This document shows, piece after piece, positions 48,487 through 58,208 of a stretch of DNA of 64,000 nucleotides. The position numbers and the translations under genes are program-made. The notes below the pieces were generated by a model, which was not told where the DNA came from, did no database searches, and was given only the letters and a program-made list of their open reading frames with translations. Source of the DNA: Turneriella sp. (lineage in GTDB: Bacteria > Spirochaetota > Leptospiria > Turneriellales > Turneriellaceae). The first letter of the stretch is position 1; the number at the start of each line of letters is the position of its first letter. The DNA is taken from contig CBDIID010000003.1 of the NCBI GenBank assembly GCA_965279515.1, positions 3,968,001 to 4,032,000 on the forward strand, given 5' to 3'.

Positions 48487-50211
48487 ATGTTTGCCGAGCT
48501 AAAAGAGTCTATTATTGGACGGAAGATCGGTAACACCCGGGTTATTCCCGTTACCAGTAAAATTCTCTTCATCTTTATTCTCATCATCCTGGTTTCCAAT
48601 CTTGCCTCAAATTACATCAACCTGATGTTCAACCGCACGGAACTCATCAGCCAGATGAAAGACCTGTTGGGAAAAGACCTGCGCGACATCTATACCTTCT
48701 GCAACAATCAGTTTGAAATTTTCCAGCTGACGCGGGACGAGAAAAAGTCCCTGGAGTCGATTAAGCTCAAAGGTGCTGCGCAGCTGAAAAACTCGCGCGC
48801 CGTTGTTTTTGGACTCAAGCGTGACCAGAAGTACTTTTTTACGGCCAGCAAAATGGCACAGGTCGAAAAGTTTACCGACACGACATCCCTGGAATTCATG
48901 GAGAAAAACCGGGCCCAGGGATCGGACGAAGGTTTTTTACCGATGCAGATTAACCGGCACGAGTATTTCGCCGCATACAAATATAATCCCAAATGGGAGA
49001 TGTACCTCGTCCGCGCCGAAGAAGAAAATGAGTTTTACCAGAAACAACGCGAAATTTTCCGCAACGTCAGTATTATTATCGCCGTCATCACGCTGCTCAG
49101 CGCGATTGTCGGCACGATTTTGCTGCGCCGTATTCTGAAATACGTGCGCATGCTCACGCGCAGTATTATGCGCATGGCCGAAACGCAGCAACTCGAGATC
49201 GTAGACCTCAAGCATGCGCCGAACGACGACATCACCTATCTTGGCATGGCGTTCAATTCGCTTTCGAGTACCGTAAATAACCTCATCAGTATTTTTCGTA
49301 AATTCGCCAACCAGGACATCGTCATCAAGGCTTACCGCGACCGCGAGGTCAAACTCGAGGGCGTGCAGAAGAACCTGACGATCATGTTCTCAGACATCAA
49401 GAGTTTTACCTTTATCACCGAGACTTTGGGCACCGATATTATCCGCCTCTTAAACCTGCACTATGACAAGGCAATCCGTGAAATTGTCGATCACGACGGC
49501 ATCATCGGCGCAATCATCGGCGATGCGCTGCTCGCGGTGTTCGGCGCGATGGATGACATGGCAGACGAGCATGCGAACAAGTCATTGCAGGCTGTTCTTG
49601 CGGGCTATAAAATGCAACAAGTCGCCGAAGAACTCCGCGACGAAATGACGGCCAAGCGCGACACTATTTTAAAGAAAAAGGGTAAATTGACGCCTGAAGA
49701 AGAGCGTGTCTATAAGGCGGTACTACTCGAAGTCGGCGTCGGTATCGATGGCGGCGAGGTGTTCTATGGTACCCTGGGCTCGCATGTGCGGATGACCAAC
49801 ACGGTGATCGGCGACAACGTCAATGCGGCCTCCCGGCTCGAGGGTCTGACGCGTGTCTATAAGGTGCCGGTCATCTGCTCGCAGTTTGTGAAGAATGATA
49901 TCGAAGAGAATGCCGGCAGCGATGGCGAAAAAATTTATTTCCAGGAACTCGATACGGTGCAGGTAAAGGGCAAGACTACGGGCACGCACATCTACTGGCC
50001 CGTGCCCAAGGCCGAGATGGAATCCGGCATGGAAAAACAACTCGCTTCTTTCTCGCGCGGCCTCAAGCTCTACTACAAAGGCGACTGGCCGGGTGCTTAT
50101 AAAGAGTTTTCGAAGAATAAACTCAAGGTCGCGCGTGTATTCGAAGAACGCACCTACCGCAGCAAAGCACCCTCAAAATGGAACGGCATATGGGAAATGA
50201 AAACAAAGTAA
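48487..50211 (+). CDS. Membrane-anchored class III nucleotidyl cyclase (2 TM, periplasmic sensor, HAMP)
   Basis: MFSDIKSFT, IIGDALLAVFG, GVGIDGG, TVIGDNVNAASRLEGL, VQVKGK, C-terminal WNGIWEMKTK. Confidence 0.88.
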   Translation: MFAELKESIIGRKIGNTRVIPVTSKILFIFILIILVSNLASNYINLMFNRTELISQMKDLLGKDLRDIYTFCNNQFEIFQLTRDEKKSLESIKLKGAAQLKNSRAVVFGLKRDQKYFFTASKMAQVEKFTDTTSLEFMEKNRAQGSDEGFLPMQINRHEYFAAYKYNPKWEMYLVRAEEENEFYQKQREIFRNVSIIIAVITLLSAIVGTILLRRILKYVRMLTRSIMRMAETQQLEIVDLKHAPNDDITYLGMAFNSLSSTVNNLISIFRKFANQDIVIKAYRDREVKLEGVQKNLTIMFSDIKSFTFITETLGTDIIRLLNLHYDKAIREIVDHDGIIGAIIGDALLAVFGAMDDMADEHANKSLQAVLAGYKMQQVAEELRDEMTAKRDTILKKKGKLTPEEERVYKAVLLEVGVGIDGGEVFYGTLGSHVRMTNTVIGDNVNAASRLEGLTRVYKVPVICSQFVKNDIEENAGSDGEKIYFQELDTVQVKGKTTGTHIYWPVPKAEMESGMEKQLASFSRGLKLYYKGDWPGAYKEFSKNKLKVARVFEERTYRSKAPSKWNGIWEMKTK

Positions 50212-51410
50212 ACCGTAATCTCACAGAGATCAAATCCCGCTTTCTGCCGGCGGATATCGATGACCCGAATGCGCGCAACGAAGTCTATGCGCTCGACAAG
50301 GAATTTGCTGCCGCCGCCAAGAACCGTTCGTGGGCATTTTATCTCATTATCTTCGGTTTTCTTGCCGCGATCGTCGGCGCGACATTTGTCATAACGCAGC
50401 TCGTGCAGGGCAAGCACAACAAGGTTGAGCTCGCGATTGTGGAGTTTGAAGAAATCAAACTCAAAGACATCCTGAGCGCAACGCGCAACGATGAAAAGAA
50501 TCTCGAGATCGCACGCCGTGAACTCGAGTCTTTGCGCTCGAAGTACCGCGAGGTGCTGGCTGAACTCAAGGCGCGTAAGGCGGGCGAAAACGAAGTGGCC
50601 TCAGTGCGCGCGGATTATAACGGAAAAATCTCCGTGCAGCAGAAGACCGTCGCCGACTATGAGGCGAAGGTTAATAAACGGCACCGTGAGATGAGCGAGG
50701 GTGTAAGCAAGGCCGAGAATATTCTCAGTAACCACGAACGTCTCATGAAACTGCGCCTCGATAAGCAGCAGGGTGAGTATGAGAAGAAAATCGCCGATCT
50801 GATTTTAAGGTTTAATCCCAATTTTAGCGAATCGGAACTGCGCAGCCTGGTCGCCCGCGAGCGTGTTACGGCACCGGTGAAACAACCGGTTTTGGCGCCG
50901 CTGGCACCGGAACTCACGAAAGAGAAAATTATTCCCAAAGACAAGTTCGACCGGCTGCGCGCCGAGCAGGCGGAGGAACGCCGCCTGGTTGCGCGCCTCA
51001 GGCAAGTGCCGTATATTAACTCGGTTGCTCCCGCGCTCACGGGTATCGAGCGGCGAAACGCGGAAATCACAGGCCAGTATGAAACGATCATCGCCGAGCT
51101 GACGAAAGCCATCCGCCGCAAGAACGAGGTCATCGGCAACTACCGTTCGGGGCTTAAGGAACTCACAGACCGTGAGCGCGAGTATGGCTATATCATCGAC
51201 GCGCGCAATAAGACAAAGATGCGGGTTTACCTCAACCCTTCGTTGCGCGCGAAGCCGGGCCTGAGGGCGAATATCTTCCGCAAAGACGATGAATACATCG
51301 CCGACATTGAAATCTTTTTTGATAATGAAGGCCCATGCGCCAAGGTCGTCAGGATTGCCGACGGTAAAAGCATCGGCGCATTCGATAAAATCTATCTCGA
51401 GGACAGATAA
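50190..51410 (+). CDS. Hypothetical bitopic coiled-coil protein
   Basis: One TM near the N-terminus, long coiled coil, C-terminal beta-rich domain; overlaps the cyclase stop. Confidence 0.7.
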   Translation: MGNENKVNRNLTEIKSRFLPADIDDPNARNEVYALDKEFAAAAKNRSWAFYLIIFGFLAAIVGATFVITQLVQGKHNKVELAIVEFEEIKLKDILSATRNDEKNLEIARRELESLRSKYREVLAELKARKAGENEVASVRADYNGKISVQQKTVADYEAKVNKRHREMSEGVSKAENILSNHERLMKLRLDKQQGEYEKKIADLILRFNPNFSESELRSLVARERVTAPVKQPVLAPLAPELTKEKIIPKDKFDRLRAEQAEERRLVARLRQVPYINSVAPALTGIERRNAEITGQYETIIAELTKAIRRKNEVIGNYRSGLKELTDREREYGYIIDARNKTKMRVYLNPSLRAKPGLRANIFRKDDEYIADIEIFFDNEGPCAKVVRIADGKSIGAFDKIYLEDR

Positions 51411-51411
51411 C

Positions 51412-52236
51412 ATGAGAACAATCATTGCAATTCCGGCGCTGTTTTTTGCCGCAACATTTTCGCTGAGCGCGGCCAAATGGGAAGAATACGGTTTTAAAGT
51501 TATCAACAGCAGCCAGGAAGACGACCGCGTGACGATGGACCTGCAGGATGCCGAAGGCAGGTCGCTGACTGTGGCTTACAGCGGCAGTGCCTCTGATAAA
51601 TCGATTCCCGTCGTCGCGCAGCTGCAAAAAACTCTCTATGCGTGGAAATCCATGCAGGTGAAGACCATCCGCTACACCTTGCTCGAAAATAATATCGTCG
51701 AAGTGCAGGTTTTTCCATCGGCGTTCAAGGACGACAACGTCGATTTCATGAAAAATATTCCCGGGCACCTGTTTTTTATATATAAAGACCAGCTGCAGTA
51801 CAGTTTTCGCCTCGAGGTCAATAAGCTCTTCGTGAAGATCAAAGGTTATTACACCGACGAACCCGATCTTCTCAAAAAAATGAAACAAGCGGTGAAAGAT
51901 CCGCAAGGGTTCATCATCAAGCGCGACCCTGAGTATTTTATCGCCAAGCTCGAAAAACTCGAAGAGGAGCTCGAGGCGCAGAAGGGCCTCAACCACCGCC
52001 AGGAAAAAGAGCTCGAGCGTATGCGCGCAGCCACGGCAGCCCTGCACAACACAGGCGTCTTTTCAGGACCGGAAGCTATCCCCGAAAAGGTATTATTACG
52101 CGTCGTTGAACTTAAGAAACAAAACCCGGCATGGAAGCGTGAGCAGATTCAGGCACAACTCGACCAGGAAAAGATCGAGTGGAGCAAAAAACACGTAAAG
52201 CTGATTCTCGCCGTTTATTTCAGCGAGTTTGACTGA
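51412..52236 (+). CDS. Hypothetical exported protein
   Basis: Signal peptide MRTIIAIPALFFAATFSLSA; SD GAGG; starts 1 nt after the upstream stop. Confidence 0.7.
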   Translation: MRTIIAIPALFFAATFSLSAAKWEEYGFKVINSSQEDDRVTMDLQDAEGRSLTVAYSGSASDKSIPVVAQLQKTLYAWKSMQVKTIRYTLLENNIVEVQVFPSAFKDDNVDFMKNIPGHLFFIYKDQLQYSFRLEVNKLFVKIKGYYTDEPDLLKKMKQAVKDPQGFIIKRDPEYFIAKLEKLEEELEAQKGLNHRQEKELERMRAATAALHNTGVFSGPEAIPEKVLLRVVELKKQNPAWKREQIQAQLDQEKIEWSKKHVKLILAVYFSEFD

Positions 52237-52270
52237 TTTTTTGCCCATGAATGAATTCACGGGCAAAAGA
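52237..52270. terminator. Bidirectional intrinsic terminator
   Basis: TTTTTTGCCCATGAA-TGAA-TTCACGGGCAAAA between convergent genes. Confidence 0.7.
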
Positions 52271-52960
52271 TCAAAAGACTCTTAAAAACTTCAACTGAAA
52301 GAAAACCGGAATCGCGGCAAAACCCGCGGGAATAACAATCGAATAGAGCAGCCCTAACTTTTCAATGAGCGGGGTGTATTTCTTGTGATTCAGCCCCAGT
52401 GACTGGAAGGCGCTGGCGAAACCGTGGTTAAGATGGAATGCCATGAGCACCATCGAAAACACGTAGAACCATGCATAGAGGCCGTTCCAACCGGTTTCGA
52501 AGGCGATCTTGACCGTGTGGTAGAAGGCGAGATTGCCGGGCTCGTAAATGCGGTGCTTCAGTGTAAATGAATTGATGTGGATGATGAGGTAGATGAGGAT
52601 AATGGAACCGGTCAGGCCCATATAACGTGAGAACAGCGATTTAACCTGACCGCCTGAGCCGCCTTTGTAACCCACGGGCCGCGCGGATTTATTTTTGAAG
52701 GTGAGCAGCAGGCCATCGACGATGTGTACCAGAAAGCCGGCCACGAGTGTGACCTCGAGAATACGGATAATCAGGGCGGTGCTCATAAAGAGGGAATAAG
52801 CGTCAAACGCGGCGCCGCCGTCGTTTTTAAAGAGTAGCAGGTTGCCGATGAGGTGCACGGGCAAAAAGCTTACAAGAAAGAGGCCCGACAGCGCCATCAG
52901 GTATTTTTTGCCAAGCGAGGTGGCAATGATGAGGGGTGATTTGGCGGCGATTTCTGACAT
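52271..52960 (-). CDS. sdhC: Succinate dehydrogenase cytochrome b subunit
   Basis: SLGKKYLMALSGLFL...HLIGN; HIVDG; FHLNHGFASAFQSLG. Confidence 0.9.
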   Translation of the reverse strand: MSEIAAKSPLIIATSLGKKYLMALSGLFLVSFLPVHLIGNLLLFKNDGGAAFDAYSLFMSTALIIRILEVTLVAGFLVHIVDGLLLTFKNKSARPVGYKGGSGGQVKSLFSRYMGLTGSIILIYLIIHINSFTLKHRIYEPGNLAFYHTVKIAFETGWNGLYAWFYVFSMVLMAFHLNHGFASAFQSLGLNHKKYTPLIEKLGLLYSIVIPAGFAAIPVFFQLKFLRVF

Positions 52961-53048
52961 ACGCCAGCGCGGGTGGTTTTAACGCTACGGAAAGGAAAAA
53001 ACCGGCGACAGGAGGTCGCTGCCTTACACTGCGCGACCCAGAGGTATT

Positions 53049-53585
53049 TTGGCAGTTTTTGACAGACGCATCTGGGCAGTAATCCCGCTGATCCTGTTTG
53101 GCCTTAAAGCATGGCAATACTGGCCCCGCGGTGATATTTACCAGCTCTTGTGGTTCTGCAATGTCTCAAATCTGCTGCTGGCCGCGGCGATTTTCTTCAA
53201 GGTGCGAAATCTCGTCTTCATCTGTGCTGCGCTGTTAACGATTGGCCTGCCCATCTGGGTCTTTGATTTTATGGTCAACGGGGATTTTCATGTGTTCTCT
53301 GTCTTTACACATGTGGTAAGCCCCGCCCTGGGGTTTCTGGTCGCACTGCGCCTCGGCTGGAGCTCTCATGTTATCTGGCAAACGCTGCTCTATTACCTGG
53401 CATTGCAGCTGCTCGCACGCCTTCTGACGCCGGCTGCGTTGAATATCAATGTCGCCTTTGCCATCTATGCGCCCGTACAAAAACTCTTCCCGAATTTTTG
53501 GCTCTATTCATCAGCCAATCTCGCGGGTCTCGCCGCGTTTGCCGCAGTCGTGCATCGTTTATTGCAGCGCCGGGCGGTGCACTGA
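53049..53585 (+). CDS. Hypothetical integral membrane protein
   Basis: Several TM helices; LLWFCN, FTH, NINVAF; TGATG coupling to the next gene. Confidence 0.6.
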   Translation: MAVFDRRIWAVIPLILFGLKAWQYWPRGDIYQLLWFCNVSNLLLAAAIFFKVRNLVFICAALLTIGLPIWVFDFMVNGDFHVFSVFTHVVSPALGFLVALRLGWSSHVIWQTLLYYLALQLLARLLTPAALNINVAFAIYAPVQKLFPNFWLYSSANLAGLAAFAAVVHRLLQRRAVH

Positions 53586-54670
53586 TGCTCGGTCGCGCAC
53601 CCGAACGAAATCTGCGCTATCCGTTGCTGCTTGTACACGGGTTGTTTTCGAGCAGCCGAACCTGGAAAAAAACCGTGGCTGCGTTTATCGAAGATTACGA
53701 TCTGCGTTATGGTGGAGAGATTTCCGTGGCGACTTTCACAGATGCGAAACAGCATGTTGCCGCCGCAGATTTTTACACGTGGAATTTTTCGAATAGCCGC
53801 AATCTGTCTTACCGCGAACAAGCCCGGGAATTACAGGTGGCCGTGCGCGGCCTCAGGGAAATCAACAAAACGGACAAGGTCATTCTTGCCGGGCATAGTA
53901 TGGGCGGCCTTGCGGCGCGGGCACTCGTGCAGTTTTACGGCGCCGACGACGTATTTGCGCTCATCACACTCGGCACACCGCATTATGGCAGCCCGCTGGC
54001 GCTACTGCGCGATTCCACACACCATGGGGCGCGCCAGGTTTTTTCCGGCCTGCACCGTGCGCTTGCCCGGGCGGAGTACCACGGTGACAAACAACCGGGC
54101 TTTTTCCGGCGCCTGTTCCTGAGGCTGTTCCGCGTTACCAGCGAAGCCGAAGCGGAGATCGACCGTTTCTTTGCCAGCGAGGCATTCGGCGAACTGATGC
54201 CGGGCAGCGCGGCGCTCGAAGAACTCAATGCCGCACCGCTGCCGGCAAATTTACGTTATGCATTCATCACGGGGAGTATCACAGATTTTTCTGCGTTCCG
54301 TGACGCTGAAACGCTGCTGCGCTACAAAAAATTCACCAAGCTCTGGATCCAGTTCACCGCTTCAGCTGTGAAGAGTCTCAATAACCGCTATCTCGACGAT
54401 CCCTATAAAATTTTCCGTGACTACCTGGGGCGCTATGTTTCAGACGCTGCACAGCTGACACAGGAGCAGCTCACTGATTTCGACGGTGCGGTACCGGTCT
54501 TCAGCCAGATTCTGAATCACTTCAAGACGGCTCCGTTGTTAACAGCCGTCCTGCCGGTCTTTGCCAGTCACACGCGTCTCACGAAGCGCCCTGCTAAACT
54601 CTTTCAGGCGTTGGCCGTCGTCGGCGCCGTCGGTGCGGCGAATACGAAGAACGATGCTTCAAAATCCTGA
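53585..54670 (+). CDS. Alpha/beta hydrolase (lipase/PGAP1-like)
   Basis: LLVHGL, GHSMGG, TLGTPHYGS, DGAVP, SHT. Confidence 0.82.
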   Translation: MLGRAPERNLRYPLLLVHGLFSSSRTWKKTVAAFIEDYDLRYGGEISVATFTDAKQHVAAADFYTWNFSNSRNLSYREQARELQVAVRGLREINKTDKVILAGHSMGGLAARALVQFYGADDVFALITLGTPHYGSPLALLRDSTHHGARQVFSGLHRALARAEYHGDKQPGFFRRLFLRLFRVTSEAEAEIDRFFASEAFGELMPGSAALEELNAAPLPANLRYAFITGSITDFSAFRDAETLLRYKKFTKLWIQFTASAVKSLNNRYLDDPYKIFRDYLGRYVSDAAQLTQEQLTDFDGAVPVFSQILNHFKTAPLLTAVLPVFASHTRLTKRPAKLFQALAVVGAVGAANTKNDASKS

Positions 54671-55940
54671 ACGTCTGCAGCTGACGATTTCAGATCTGCA
54701 CCCGTCAGGAAATGGCATCGGCCATGTTCCCGGGTTCGGCCACATCTATGTACCGTTTGCTTTCCCCGGTGATCAGCTTGAAGTCAGGCTCAAAGAAGAA
54801 ATCCGTCCCGGAAAGTGGAAGGCAGAGCGTCTCACCGCCATCGCGGAGCACTGCGCGGTGGCGGGACGCTGCGGCGGCTGTATCTGGCCCGGCGCGCCCT
54901 ATGCAGAGCAGCTCGAATGGAAAAAAACACTGCTGCTGCGTGCGGCGAAAGCCTTGCCGGCCATAATATCGTTGCCCGTCACCATTCACGGCAATGCGGC
55001 AACCACGGGGTTCCGTAACCGCGTGCATCTACATGCAAATTTTTTCCACGGCGATCTGGAATTTGGCTTTTATGGCCGCGGTTCGCGCGCACTGGTTCCT
55101 GTCGCCGACTGCCCCGTCGCCGAAGAACCGATCCGTCGTGTTTTGCGGGCTCTTGCCGCGCAAAAAAAAGGCGGATGGCCTCCATCGGAAGATTTTGGCT
55201 TCGGTATCGAGTTTATCCACCTCGCTGCGGAAAATTCAAAAATTCTGATGATTCTCTATTCGAGCCCCGAACGCCGAGCTGCATTGCGCCAGGCGGCGCC
55301 GCGCTTCGCTGCTCTCGATGCGCAACTGCTCGTGCGCGAAGCTTTCAGCGACACCGGGGAGATTTTTGTCTGGCAGCAATGTGGCGATGCCGTGATGTTT
55401 ACCAGGCCCGGCGCCTTTCAGCAGGGGAACCGGGCCCAAAGCGATGTGATCCGCCGGCTGATTGGCGAACAAATTGTTGCTCAGCGCCCGCAGGTGCTTT
55501 TTGATCTCTATTCGGGCAGCGGTAACTATTCCCTGCCGCATTACCAGAAGGTCGGGAAAATTTTTGGCTGCGATGATAACCGTGTCGGCATCGAAGTGGC
55601 GGCGATCAATGTCGGGCGCAACCGGGTTCCCAACGCGACATACGTTTGCGGGGATAGCGGTGAAATACTGCAATCGCGCGAAAGTTATGGCTGGCCGCAG
55701 CACGCCGATTTTGTCGTGGTTGATCCAGCGCGCTATGGCATGAGTTCGCAAGTCATTGAGGAGCTGAGTCTCATACGGCCACAGACGATTTTCTATATTT
55801 CGAATAATACTGTTTCGTTTGTGCGCGATGCTAAGGCGCTGCTGGCGGCGGGTTTCAAGCCTGAGCGGCTCAACCTGGTGGATTTTTTCCCGAACACGCC
55901 GCATCTTAACATTGTCAGTGTCTGGCACAATTCTGTTTGA
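54654..55940 (+). CDS. RlmD/RumA-like RNA m5U methyltransferase homolog with substituted catalytic residues
   Basis: TRAM-like start, C..AGRCGGC, FRNR, FQQGN, DLYSGSG, VVDPAR; YISNN in place of YVSCN; HLN in place of HVE. Confidence 0.8.
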   Translation: MLQNPERLQLTISDLHPSGNGIGHVPGFGHIYVPFAFPGDQLEVRLKEEIRPGKWKAERLTAIAEHCAVAGRCGGCIWPGAPYAEQLEWKKTLLLRAAKALPAIISLPVTIHGNAATTGFRNRVHLHANFFHGDLEFGFYGRGSRALVPVADCPVAEEPIRRVLRALAAQKKGGWPPSEDFGFGIEFIHLAAENSKILMILYSSPERRAALRQAAPRFAALDAQLLVREAFSDTGEIFVWQQCGDAVMFTRPGAFQQGNRAQSDVIRRLIGEQIVAQRPQVLFDLYSGSGNYSLPHYQKVGKIFGCDDNRVGIEVAAINVGRNRVPNATYVCGDSGEILQSRESYGWPQHADFVVVDPARYGMSSQVIEELSLIRPQTIFYISNNTVSFVRDAKALLAAGFKPERLNLVDFFPNTPHLNIVSVWHNSV

Positions 55941-55974
55941 CCGCCTGATTTCACTGCGCCGCCGATCATCTGTC

Positions 55975-56424
55975 GTGCCGAAGATTTTTCCGCTGCTATA
56001 CATCCCCGTTTTGTTCTTATTTCAGTGCGGCACAGACATACCGTTCGACAACGAACTTTACCTGAAAAGGCCGACCGGCCTGCAGGTGACCGCGGTTGCC
56101 GGCCAGAAGATGAACGTTCAGTATACGGTGCAGAATCAAGAAGAGACGTTCGACGGTTACAATCTGCTGATTGCGCGTGTGCCGATCGGAGACGGCGAAG
56201 CGCAGTCGATGGAGCCGCTGACGCTCAATGGTAGCCTGCCGACCTTCCTGCACTCAAAATCGCAATACGATGTGAATACTGTTCGTGCTGTTACTATCTC
56301 ACGTTTTACGAACGTGTTGCCGTTTGAAATCGGCACAAGTTATTATTTCCGTATGCAGGCACATTCGCGCAAGGGCATCCGCTCCGAAGCGTCGAATGAA
56401 GTGATTGCGACCGGGCTGCCGTGA
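55975..56424 (+). CDS. Small FN3-like lipoprotein
   Basis: FLFQ-C lipobox; PTGLQV, FDGYNL, YYFRMQA...SEASNEV. Confidence 0.65.
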   Translation: MPKIFPLLYIPVLFLFQCGTDIPFDNELYLKRPTGLQVTAVAGQKMNVQYTVQNQEETFDGYNLLIARVPIGDGEAQSMEPLTLNGSLPTFLHSKSQYDVNTVRAVTISRFTNVLPFEIGTSYYFRMQAHSRKGIRSEASNEVIATGLP

Positions 56425-56480
56425 CCCCATCCCATTGACATAGAGGGGGGACGCTGTCAGATATTTTTGAGCAATCTTGT

Positions 56481-56523
56481 TCCCCCTCTCTGCGTTAGCG
56501 GGGAGGGGGTTAGGGGGTGGGGT
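56481..56523. repeat. REP-like GC-rich palindrome after fliY
   Basis: TCCCCCTCTCTGCGTTAGCGGGGAGGGGGTTAGGGGGTGGG. Confidence 0.55.
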
Positions 56524-57593
56524 TAACCTCCGGTCATCCTCGCCACTCTCTCCGCCGGCCCGACGATATCCGTTACCCGAACACCGAAGTTTTCGTCGAT
56601 GACCACAACCTCGCCGCGCGCGATGAGTTTGCCGTTGACGAGAAGGTCGACCGGCTCACCCGCGAGTTTATCGAGTTCGATGATCGAACCTTCACCCAGG
56701 GAGAGAATTTCTTTGACGTACTTCTTTGTGCGCCCGAGCTCTACGGTAAGAGCCATCTGCACATCGAGTAGCAGCTCAAGGTTCGGGGGTAATCCCGCCG
56801 TGCCGCTCGATTGCTGCAAACTCGGAAAGTTGATCGGGTTTACGGAAACACCGCCGCCGCCGCCACCCATGCCGCCGCCTGCACCGGCGCCAAAATCCAT
56901 ATCGAATGCCGCCGCCTGTGGCGCCGCCGAGCTGCGGTTGCTTTTCGCCCAGCGGTTTGCCGCCGAAGCATCGACGTAATGCGTAATGCGCGAACCCGGC
57001 ATGCCTTCGACTGCGATGTTGTAAGAGATCTTCACGATCCCGCCGGTGAACTGCGGGGCATCCGTTGGTGCGTTGAAGATTTTCATCTCTGGCATCGACG
57101 GAGACAGCGAGTCGTTGAACTTGCCACCGAGGCCGTTGGCTATGGATGAAATGATACTCTGTGAAAGTTCTGACAGTGTCGAAAGGTGTGCGTCGTTGAT
57201 TTCGCCACCGTCGTCGCCTGCACCCATCATCGTCTGTGCGATGCGGCGCGCGAGATCTTTCGGGTATACGAGAGCCGTATGGGTCTGCCCCATCTGGATC
57301 TCTGCGATAACGCCGCCTTTGGGAAGTTCACCGGAGATCTGCGCCGGTGAAATTTCGTCTACCTGCGCGTTCGAGATCTGGATGTTCTTGCCGACCATGA
57401 CGCCGGCCTGCGAACCCGCAACCTGCATCGCGTCGTTGAACGCATCGGCGAGCAGTTCACGTTCCGTGGGGGAGAGTCCGCCACCTGAATCTGCCACGGC
57501 CGCGCCGCCGCCTTTCGCGCCGCCCGCACCCATGTCGTCGGTGCCCATTAAGAGCGCGTCTATTTCTTCTTGCGATAACGAACCATCACCCAT
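56523..57593 (-). CDS. fliY: Flagellar motor switch protein FliY/FliN
   Basis: LSQEEIDALL; CheC-like middle domain; C-terminal LDKLAGEPVDLLVNGKLIARGEVVVIDENFGVR. Confidence 0.9.
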   Translation of the reverse strand: MGDGSLSQEEIDALLMGTDDMGAGGAKGGGAAVADSGGGLSPTERELLADAFNDAMQVAGSQAGVMVGKNIQISNAQVDEISPAQISGELPKGGVIAEIQMGQTHTALVYPKDLARRIAQTMMGAGDDGGEINDAHLSTLSELSQSIISSIANGLGGKFNDSLSPSMPEMKIFNAPTDAPQFTGGIVKISYNIAVEGMPGSRITHYVDASAANRWAKSNRSSAAPQAAAFDMDFGAGAGGGMGGGGGGVSVNPINFPSLQQSSGTAGLPPNLELLLDVQMALTVELGRTKKYVKEILSLGEGSIIELDKLAGEPVDLLVNGKLIARGEVVVIDENFGVRVTDIVGPAERVARMTGG

Positions 57594-57617
57594 ACAATTC
57601 TCCCTACGGGAGGATAT

Positions 57618-57650
57618 TTAGGGGGCTTACAGCCCCCTAAAACCCCCTGC
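57618..57650. repeat. REP-like palindrome, family 1
   Basis: TTAGGGGGC-TTACA-GCCCCCTAA-AACCCCCTGC. Confidence 0.55.
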
Positions 57651-57668
57651 CGCAAATAAATTTACTCA

Positions 57669-58205
57669 TCAGCTAACTACCAATTGCTCGAACATTACTT
57701 CGGATACTTTGCCGTCGCGGAGAATCATATTGATCTGATTCTTGATCTCTTCACCCAGATTCAATTTCTGCAACGGCGTGAAAAGTTCATCCTTGCGTTT
57801 GCCGCCGAGGATGATATTGATGATGTGAATCACCTGCGGCGTTCTTTTTGCAAGTTCGGCGTCGAGCTGCTTGTTGAGTTCGCCCTCGTAGCCTAAGGTA
57901 ATCTTCGCCTGTGCATAGTGCGCTTCATCCGTGTCTGCTGTGTTGACGCGGAATTCATGCTGTATTTTGAAAATTGCAGGTGGCGCCGACGGTGGCGCGA
58001 TCGTGATGCTCTCGGTTTCCTGGAAATCCGCGTTTTTGTAGTATTTCGCGACCATCACCGAGATGACAAACATCAGCGCGAGCGCGATGAGCCCGGCAAC
58101 GACCCAGATCAGAATCGTAACAATACGGCTGCGCCCCGAACTAACGGGGACGGCGGCAGCTTCGTCGCCGCCTTCTTCCTGGTCTAAATCTTCTGCATCT
58201 GCCAT
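57669..58205 (-). CDS. fliL: Flagellar basal body protein FliL
   Basis: Acidic N-terminus, single TM, FRVNTAD, EIKNQINMIL..GKVSEVMF. Confidence 0.85.
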   Translation of the reverse strand: MADAEDLDQEEGGDEAAAVPVSSGRSRIVTILIWVVAGLIALALMFVISVMVAKYYKNADFQETESITIAPPSAPPAIFKIQHEFRVNTADTDEAHYAQAKITLGYEGELNKQLDAELAKRTPQVIHIINIILGGKRKDELFTPLQKLNLGEEIKNQINMILRDGKVSEVMFEQLVVS

Positions 58206-58208
58206 AGT

